50,237 nucleotides of DNA from an uncultured Syntrophomonadaceae bacterium (GTDB taxonomy: Bacteria > Bacillota > Ch66 > Ch109), in NCBI GenBank assembly GCA_964556555.1, contig CAZKWP010000001.1, positions 7,849-58,085 on the forward strand, given 5' to 3'. The position numbers and the translations under genes were made by a program. The notes below the pieces were generated by a model that saw only the letters and a program-made list of their open reading frames with translations, was not told the DNA's origin and searched no databases. Below, piece after piece: positions 44,387 through 50,237 of the stretch (positions are counted from its first letter, which is position 1; each line of letters begins with the position of its first letter).

Positions 44387-45247
44387 TCACCTAAGTTGCC
44401 GGCGGATTTGGCGTTCAATGGCGCGGTGATTGCCAAGATCCGCCTGGCTTAACCCGACCAGGGAAATCCCCCGCTGCTCCCAGAAACGTTTGGCTGCGTT
44501 TTCCGGCTGCTGATCCGCCGAAAGCCATTCGAGCGCCAGTTTCTGTTCCGGTAGATACCATAGCACGGTCCGGTTCCCTTGGGTATAGTTTGCAATCCGG
44601 CGCTCACCCGGGTAAAGTACCGAAAGCGACCATTCCAAAGGATCCAGCGCCACTTGTTTTTCGGCATTGAACTTTGGCTGCACTTTTGAAGCTTCACCTG
44701 GCGTAAGCTGACCAGCCTTATTGGCTTGGCTGACCGTGCCGGCCGCTCCCCCGATCTCCCTTTCTGACCTGACAGCAGCGCCTTCGCTTTTGTCGCTTAG
44801 GCGGTTTAAATCAACCAGTGCCTCCTGGCCGGTTTCCAATCGCCTGGAGTTATCCACCAAGGTTAGATGCGGGGCGGTTCCCAGCCAACCCGATTTTTCC
44901 AGTCCGTCTGGTTCAAAAGGCACCTGCTTTCCCGAATTAAATTGCCGCAGGCCTTCCTGGATGACCTCTTCCAGGTTATCCGACAGGTTTAAAAACGAGG
45001 TCAATAGTTTAGGATCCGCTAATTTTTGACCCACCATTTCCTTCAAAGCCAAATCCAAATATTCAACGGCCTGAGGGTAGTTAGCCAAAAACAGGTCCGC
45101 TATCTGTTTGATTTTATTAACTCCCGCCTTTAATTCCTGATCGCGCTTATCCCCTGCCGCCAGTCCGCTGGCCATTAAACAGTCGATCAGTTCGTCTACT
45201 TTCTCCAGCATTTCAGCCTCGAGCTGCCGTGAAGTTTTATCCGGCAT
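44387..45247 (-). CDS. Hypothetical protein with a helical N-terminal half and a C-terminal segment resembling a degenerate DUF559/Vsr-like fold
   Basis: The start is placed at the ATG at 45247, 6 nt after GGTGGTG. The C-terminal VLWYLPEQKLALEWLS...RFWEQRGISLVGLSQADL parallels VDFYLPAVQVVIEVDG...ERLKSIGIRVIRISGMDA of the DUF559 protein at 3256-3696. Confidence 0.5.
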   Translation of the reverse strand: MPDKTSRQLEAEMLEKVDELIDCLMASGLAAGDKRDQELKAGVNKIKQIADLFLANYPQAVEYLDLALKEMVGQKLADPKLLTSFLNLSDNLEEVIQEGLRQFNSGKQVPFEPDGLEKSGWLGTAPHLTLVDNSRRLETGQEALVDLNRLSDKSEGAAVRSEREIGGAAGTVSQANKAGQLTPGEASKVQPKFNAEKQVALDPLEWSLSVLYPGERRIANYTQGNRTVLWYLPEQKLALEWLSADQQPENAAKRFWEQRGISLVGLSQADLGNHRAIERQIRRQLR

Positions 45248-45421
45248 TTTCTGCACCACCTATCACTAAACTCATTAAAAACTATTCAAATGAGCGTGAG
45301 AACATGCCAAAAAAAATTCACTAAAATTACCTATCATTAAATTGGGCCGGGCAGCATATGCTAGTTGGAGTTGCAGATTTACTTTTTAAAATTATAAAAA
45401 ATTAAAACTGGAGGTTCAAGA

Positions 45422-45706
45422 ATGGATTCTGAAATGCTGTTTATTGAGGCTTTAAGCAGCCAGGAAGCCAAAATTTTAAATCGGGTGAGCACTTATTTCC
45501 GCTCCCCGAAAATGGATCTCGCGGACAAATTAATCCAGGCAAGACTGATTGCCTTGCACGATATGGAACTGGGTTACTTCTCCAACCCGAAAGAATTTAA
45601 GTTGCTGCAGACCTATGCAGAAACCTTGGACCATTTATTAGCCCGGCTGCAGCGTCAGCCGGCAGATCCTCCGATAGCGCACCAGTTCAAATATTTGATA
45701 ATCTGA
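45422..45706 (+). CDS. Hypothetical 94-aa protein
   Basis: The ATG lies 7 nt after GGAGG. It is divergent from the 44387-45247 gene. Its 3' end overlaps the convergent hdrA-like gene by 52 nt. Confidence 0.45.
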   Translation: MDSEMLFIEALSSQEAKILNRVSTYFRSPKMDLADKLIQARLIALHDMELGYFSNPKEFKLLQTYAETLDHLLARLQRQPADPPIAHQFKYLII

Positions 45707-46767
45707 CCGGCCGCGCGCTTCCCTTGGGCAAAGGTGGTCGGCAGATCCGCCGGACCACCGCAGGTGCCGGCCAGAAAAATCCCGGCCCGACTGGGGTCGC
45801 CAGCAACGCCGGAGGCCAAGTCGGAATCAGCCAAGAAGCCGCCCAAATCCTGGGCAATTCCCAGACTTTTCTTTGCCGCAGCGTTAAAATCGCCCGCTGT
45901 AATCCCTACGGAAAGCACCACCAGATCAAATTCCGCTGTTTGGTTCCCCCCGGCCGGGGCAGCTTCCCAATTTAAAACGACGCCCTGTCCCGGCAGCTGA
46001 TACGCTTGAGAAGGCAGGCTGCGGATTAAAGTGATTCCAGGATCCGCGGCAGTCAGAGCCGACCAAAGTGCTTGACGGGCCTGGAAATCCTGATGAAAAA
46101 TCGTGACGTTCGTCTGCGCTGACTCCCACCTAATCCGCCGGGCCATCCGGCCCGCATAACCACAGCATACTTTTGAACAAAAAGGGTTTCCTCCCCGACG
46201 ATCCCGGCTGCCCACGCACTGAATAAAGGCTACCCGGCGCAATCCCCCAAAAACCGGGGCCAGACTGCTATGTTCCTGCCAAATCCGTTCCAAATCCAGA
46301 CTGGATATAACTCCCGGGTATCGGCCATAGCCAAACTCCCCCCGAAGACCGGCCGGAAACGGCTGATAGCCGGAGGCGATTAAAACCGTTGGGGTGATGA
46401 AACTTATAAATTCAGCTGCCGAGCCTGACCCTTCCATACCAAACCGCTTTAATTTAACCGTATAAAGAGGAAACGACGGCGGTGCCGGCTCAGGCTTTAA
46501 TTCTGGTTTCGGGATTATTTCCAGCACTTCATGACGGGTTAAAACCGAAAGCCCGGGCTGGTGCGCCAATTCCTGCTGAACCTGACCTGGTAAACAGACG
46601 CCGCACTTTTGGCACTCGGCCGTGGCCATACAGGCTAAACTGGCGGCCCGTCCGCCCAGGGATGGACTTTTTTCGGCTACCAGGACTGTAAGCCCGGCCC
46701 GGGTTAGTTCACGGGCCGCGCTTAAACCAGCCAGACCGCCTCCTACAATAATAACTTGGTAATCCAC
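45655..46767 (-). CDS. HdrA-like FAD/Fe-S flavoprotein (core domain only, no ferredoxin or MvhD domains)
   Basis: It has VIIVGGGLAGLSAARE (FAD), CQKCGVC and the HdrA signature FIQCVGSRD...FCSKVCC. The GTG start at 46767 lies 6 nt after AAGGGGGTG and 13 nt after the metF stop. Confidence 0.8.
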   Translation of the reverse strand: MDYQVIIVGGGLAGLSAARELTRAGLTVLVAEKSPSLGGRAASLACMATAECQKCGVCLPGQVQQELAHQPGLSVLTRHEVLEIIPKPELKPEPAPPSFPLYTVKLKRFGMEGSGSAAEFISFITPTVLIASGYQPFPAGLRGEFGYGRYPGVISSLDLERIWQEHSSLAPVFGGLRRVAFIQCVGSRDRRGGNPFCSKVCCGYAGRMARRIRWESAQTNVTIFHQDFQARQALWSALTAADPGITLIRSLPSQAYQLPGQGVVLNWEAAPAGGNQTAEFDLVVLSVGITAGDFNAAAKKSLGIAQDLGGFLADSDLASGVAGDPSRAGIFLAGTCGGPADLPTTFAQGKRAAGQIIKYLNWCAIGGSAG

Positions 46768-46780
46768 CCGCTGCACCCCC

Positions 46781-47698
46781 TTAGACTGCCGGCCGGGGGT
46801 AGAGACCGGCCTTCTGCACAATTGTTGGAATGATTTCCTCCCAAGCCACGGCCATCAAATGCACCCCGGCTACACCCTTTATGTTTTGCACCTGCCTGAT
46901 TTGTTCCACTACCAGTTCGACGGCCTCTGCTTTCACGTCTTCGGCCTTTTCCAGGCGCCTGCAGATATCCTCTGACACCATCATCCCGGCCACGTTTTTT
47001 TGCATGTAGCGGGCCATTTTGGCTGATTTAATCGGCATCAACCCAGCCAGGATATAGGCCCTTCGGTCCAAACCCCTGGACCGGACAAGTTCCATAAAAC
47101 GCTCAAAGCGTTCCAGGTCTAAAATCGCCTGGGTCTGGATAAAGTCGGCGCCGGCAGCGATTTTCTTTTCCAGCCGGACTACCCGAAACTCAAACGGATC
47201 CGCAAACGGATTGGCCACCCCGCCGATAAACAGCCGCGGCGGAACTTTCATTTCCTCACCGCACAAAAATCTTCCTTCATCCCGCATCTGTTTTACGGTA
47301 TGGATAAGCTGAATGGCATCCAAGTCGTAAACGTTTTTCGCCTCAGGATGATTGCCGAAACTCTGGTGGTCCCCGGTCAGACACAAGACATTATTGATGC
47401 CGAGAGCGGCTGCCCCCAGCAAATCGGATTGCAGGCCAATCCGATTGCGGTCGCGGCAGGTCATCTGCAGAACCGGGTCAAGTCCCAGGCGGGTTAAAAT
47501 TGCCGAAGCCGCGACGCTCGACAGCCGGACGATCGCGGTTTGGTTGTCGGTTACATTAAAAGCATCGGCATACCCGCGCAGGGTTTCGGCGTGGCGCCGG
47601 ATTACTTCCGCGTCACAGCTTTTGGGAGGACCAATTTCCGTGCAGACCGCAAAGTGACCGGCAGTCAATATCTTTTCTAAATTACTGTTTGATTTCAC
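46781..47698 (-). CDS. metF: Methylenetetrahydrofolate reductase, acetogen/anaerobe MetF type
   Basis: 305 aa with ..GHFAVCTEIGPPKS.., NVTDNQTAIVR and LCLTGDH. It immediately follows metV. Confidence 0.92.
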   Translation of the reverse strand: MKSNSNLEKILTAGHFAVCTEIGPPKSCDAEVIRRHAETLRGYADAFNVTDNQTAIVRLSSVAASAILTRLGLDPVLQMTCRDRNRIGLQSDLLGAAALGINNVLCLTGDHQSFGNHPEAKNVYDLDAIQLIHTVKQMRDEGRFLCGEEMKVPPRLFIGGVANPFADPFEFRVVRLEKKIAAGADFIQTQAILDLERFERFMELVRSRGLDRRAYILAGLMPIKSAKMARYMQKNVAGMMVSEDICRRLEKAEDVKAEAVELVVEQIRQVQNIKGVAGVHLMAVAWEEIIPTIVQKAGLYPRPAV

Positions 47699-48394
47699 TT
47701 AGGTCTCCTCCTCCCAGTCTTCCCGGGTCAAACGCCTTGGTCCCCCATCCCGGTCCAGGGACCAGTTCTTCGGTAAAGCCAGATCCGTTAATTTATCGAG
47801 CTGATTTAGCCGAGCTAAACGGGCATGGATTTGACTCCAGGCGCAGGGGGTTCCGTTGCCGATTTCGCAGAGGCCAGCCTGGGAGCCGCCACACGGTCCG
47901 TTCAGCAAGTTTTTGGCGCAGCGCGCAATCGGACAAATGCCCCCGGTCTGGTCGAGAAGGCATTGCCCGCAGGCATGGCAGCGTTCCACCCAAGCGCCGG
48001 TTCGCTCCGGCATCCCCAGAAAACTGGTATTTAGACCCGGCAAAACCGGCAAATCCGGAAAACAATCAGCCAGGGCCTGGACCCCGATTCCGCAGCCCAG
48101 GGAGAGGATCGCCTCCACTGGAAACTCCTCGTTCAAACGGCCGGTTAAGGGCCGGATAAATTCATATTCACACTGTCGTTCCACGGTATCCTCCAGAACT
48201 TGTTGTTCCTGGCCCGCTTCCCGACTGGCCAATCGTAGCCAAGCGCTTAACACCGCTGTTTCCTTGGCCCCTCCGGCCATACAGACGGTCACACAGCCCC
48301 GACACCCCAGGACCAGGACGCGCTGGTAAGGTTCCAGTAAACGGCGAATTTCGGTTAAGGGCTTCCTTTCAGCAATTATCAACCATCCCACCAC
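47699..48394 (-). CDS. metV: MetV (methylene-THF reductase C-terminal-like, Cys-rich Fe-S/zinc subunit)
   Basis: It has CHACGQCLLDQTGGICPIARCAKNLLNGPCGG, the conserved NGPCGG MetV/MTHFR_C signature. The start may be the GTG at 48394 or the TTG at 48382. Confidence 0.8.
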   Translation of the reverse strand: MVGWLIIAERKPLTEIRRLLEPYQRVLVLGCRGCVTVCMAGGAKETAVLSAWLRLASREAGQEQQVLEDTVERQCEYEFIRPLTGRLNEEFPVEAILSLGCGIGVQALADCFPDLPVLPGLNTSFLGMPERTGAWVERCHACGQCLLDQTGGICPIARCAKNLLNGPCGGSQAGLCEIGNGTPCAWSQIHARLARLNQLDKLTDLALPKNWSLDRDGGPRRLTREDWEEET

Positions 48395-50138
48395 CTAAAT
48401 CCCTGATATTTAATGCCAGTTGTCGCAGGCTATCCGTCAGTTGGGCCGGGTTTGGTCCAGCCAGGGAAACTAGAGCCACCCGGTCCTGCCAGCCCAGCAT
48501 CTGCAGATAATTCCGCGTAACCGGCCAGCGCCGGCGCGCGCTCCCCGGCCCGTTTCCGTGCAGACACGCCTGGGGATAACAAGCACAGATTAAAACGCCG
48601 TCAGCTCCTTCGGTAAAAAGGTTCAGTACCGTTAAGACATCGAGACTGCCGGCGCAGGGAACGGCCTGGACTTTAATCCGCGCCACGATTTCCCCAGACT
48701 GTTCCTCCAATACATTAGAGTTAAAAACCGGTAAAGTTGAAGTCAAATTTTGGAACGCCAGATAACCCGAGTTAATGCAAGCCAAAGCCACGAGGCGGAC
48801 TAATGGCCGCGCTTCCTTTTTTGATGGAACGTAGGCTGCCGGGACTCGGTAAAGTCTGGTTCGGCCAAGGAGTAATTCCTGGTCCGGCGACAGGTTTGAC
48901 TCCGGAGCATCAGCCCACCGGATGGCCTGCGCTGGACACTCGGCTATGCAGGTTCCGCAGGCTTGACACGCCTGAGGATGAATCCAGGCCACCTGCTGGT
49001 TTAGTTTGTTCTGCGGCACTGGCCCCGGAGCGTAGACTAATTCCACCGCCCGGTGGGGACAGACGCGGTAACAGGTTAAGCAGATCACACAGCGCTGCGG
49101 GTCGACCTGGGCGGCCGGATTTGGCTCAAGATTGGTTAAGCAAGCGTTTAAATCTACCTCGACTGCTGCGAGCTCCTCCAGTAAGTCGAGGGCCCGGGCC
49201 GGACCGCGCAGCAGACCAAGCGCGTAAATACCCCGCCGATTAGTACGGCCGGCCCAAAAAGGCAGTTCTTCCGCCCCTAAAAAACCTTCCCCATCAATCG
49301 CTAAACCGGCCAATTCCGCCAAATGTTTAATTTCTGGAGCCGGTAAATACTCTTCGGCAATGACCAGACGATCTGCGGTAATTTCTAAAGGGGGAAAATC
49401 CGGCGGCAATAAAGGATCGGAGAAAACCAGTGTTTTCACCCCGGCCTCCTCCCGGACTTGCGGCGGCTGCGGTTTAGGATAACGATAAAAACGCACGCCA
49501 GCATCCCTGGCTTCCTGGTACAATTTTTCCAGATTCCCGGCGGCCACTGCTAATTCCGGGTATAAAACCTGGACCTCGGTATTAAACTCAGTCCGTAATT
49601 TTAAGGCGCCCTTTAAAACCAGCGCCGTGGAGAGTGAGGCTTCCATCCCGCTTTGGCCAAGCAGTAAAGCGATGGAGTGAGATCCGGTCATTCGGGTAGT
49701 CTGGGCAGTACCGGTCCTCTCTGCTTCGGAGATCAGCGGACTAAACAAGCTGACCCCAATTTCCCGGGCAAAAGCCTGCAGCGATTCACCTGGGAGCGAA
49801 CGCAGGCAACTCGGCAAGGTGGTCGGACCATCCAGCGCTAAAATCACCGCGCCACCACTTAGCCACCTTACCGAACCATCCGATTCCCGAATCGTCAGCT
49901 TAAAGTTCCCGATCTGTCCCGACCAGTGAAGGATAGCCTCAGCCTTGATCCTTGTCCAATCAGGTCGCGCAAAAATAGGACTGCTCTGGCCGGCCGGCTG
50001 GGTCAACAAAGGCAGTTCAGTGCTGCACCCCCATTCAATCTGCAGGGTTTCCCGGTGCTCGGCAATCCGCTGGGCTGTCAGATGAGCGGTCGTCCCAGCG
50101 CCAATAATGATAACGGGTAGGCTGCTGCTTCTCGACAT
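48369..50138 (-). CDS. Fusion protein with an HdrA-like (degenerate) FAD-binding N-domain, two 4Fe-4S ferredoxin motifs and a C-terminal MvhD domain
   Basis: It has VIIIGAGTTAH (Rossmann), CVICLTCYRVCPHRA, CQACGTCIAECPAQA, and the C-terminal VPCAGSLDVLTVLNLFTEGADGVLICACYPQACLHGNG (MvhD/FlpD signature). The upstream region 50139-50237 is AT-rich, promoter-like DNA. Confidence 0.8.
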   Translation of the reverse strand: MSRSSSLPVIIIGAGTTAHLTAQRIAEHRETLQIEWGCSTELPLLTQPAGQSSPIFARPDWTRIKAEAILHWSGQIGNFKLTIRESDGSVRWLSGGAVILALDGPTTLPSCLRSLPGESLQAFAREIGVSLFSPLISEAERTGTAQTTRMTGSHSIALLLGQSGMEASLSTALVLKGALKLRTEFNTEVQVLYPELAVAAGNLEKLYQEARDAGVRFYRYPKPQPPQVREEAGVKTLVFSDPLLPPDFPPLEITADRLVIAEEYLPAPEIKHLAELAGLAIDGEGFLGAEELPFWAGRTNRRGIYALGLLRGPARALDLLEELAAVEVDLNACLTNLEPNPAAQVDPQRCVICLTCYRVCPHRAVELVYAPGPVPQNKLNQQVAWIHPQACQACGTCIAECPAQAIRWADAPESNLSPDQELLLGRTRLYRVPAAYVPSKKEARPLVRLVALACINSGYLAFQNLTSTLPVFNSNVLEEQSGEIVARIKVQAVPCAGSLDVLTVLNLFTEGADGVLICACYPQACLHGNGPGSARRRWPVTRNYLQMLGWQDRVALVSLAGPNPAQLTDSLRQLALNIRDLGGGMVDNC

Positions 50139-50237
50139 AAGGTCCTCTCCATATTCTCATAGTAAAGAACAGTAAATTAAAAAATTCCTGCTCCAGCCAA
50201 TACACAATAAATTTTAATTGCTCCTCCGGGTCATTAA

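Noticed and set aside
44210-44452. 80-aa plus-strand ORF
   Set aside because: It lies antisense over the T-box leader and promoter, and the RNA element explains the sequence.
47689-49243. Several 140-160-aa plus-strand ORFs (47689-48159, 47856-48329, 48803-49243) antisense to metV and the HdrA/MvhD fusion
   Set aside because: They are Arg/Pro/Gly-rich antisense translations of GC-rich coding DNA. The minus-strand genes carry clear cofactor motifs.

Overview
The window looks like core chromosome from an anaerobic, endospore-forming Firmicute (Clostridia; Peptococcaceae or thermophilic-acetogen-like by gene content). The taxon cannot be fixed without a database search. About 45 protein genes, 2 tRNAs and one clear riboswitch are present, and from about 13.5 kb onward almost everything is on the minus strand.

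Gene content, left to right:
- Glycogen cluster: partial GH57, DUF4912, glgC.
- DUF559 endonuclease-like gene, ahcY, a DHA2-type MFS transporter, tRNA-Gly(UCC) and tRNA-Arg(CCG), and an NAD-type isocitrate dehydrogenase.
- Sporulation and germination genes: a gerA-type tricistronic germinant receptor operon, and cotJC with a fused cotJA-cotJB.
- An RMD1/DUF155 protein, a secreted protein with two copper-amine-oxidase-N domains, a polytopic membrane LuxR regulator, and a coiled-coil protein.
- A small Zn-ribbon protein, a YkgJ Cys-cluster protein, a lipoprotein, a LonC-like protease and a HEAT-repeat protein.
- PBP1A, corA, a HAD hydrolase, an Fe-ADH, yyaC, hisC, and iorAB (iorB frameshifted).
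- speE, dnaD-like and dnaI-like replication genes, a beta-CASP RNase, and a T-box-controlled Lrp/AsnC plus aminotransferase pair (alaR/alaT-like).
- A metF-metV module flanked by two HdrA-like flavoproteins, one of them fused to MvhD.

Many genes use TTG or GTG start codons. I saw no transposase, integrase, CRISPR array, cas gene or recognisable defence-system gene set, and I cannot name a complete novel multi-gene system.

The most noteworthy items are:
- The T-box with an apparent Ala (GCC) specifier in front of a regulator-aminotransferase operon.
- The non-canonical MetFV and split-HdrA/MvhD redox module, which has no adjacent hdrBC.
- A more AT-rich block (16.1-19.2 kb) holding the membrane LuxR sensor and a secreted target-like gene, with perfect palindromes and twin terminators.
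- A structured corA leader that I do not recognise as an M-box.
- A degenerate repeat array in the hisC-yyaC spacer.
- The iorB frameshift.

All family assignments come from motif recognition by eye and need HMM or BLAST confirmation.
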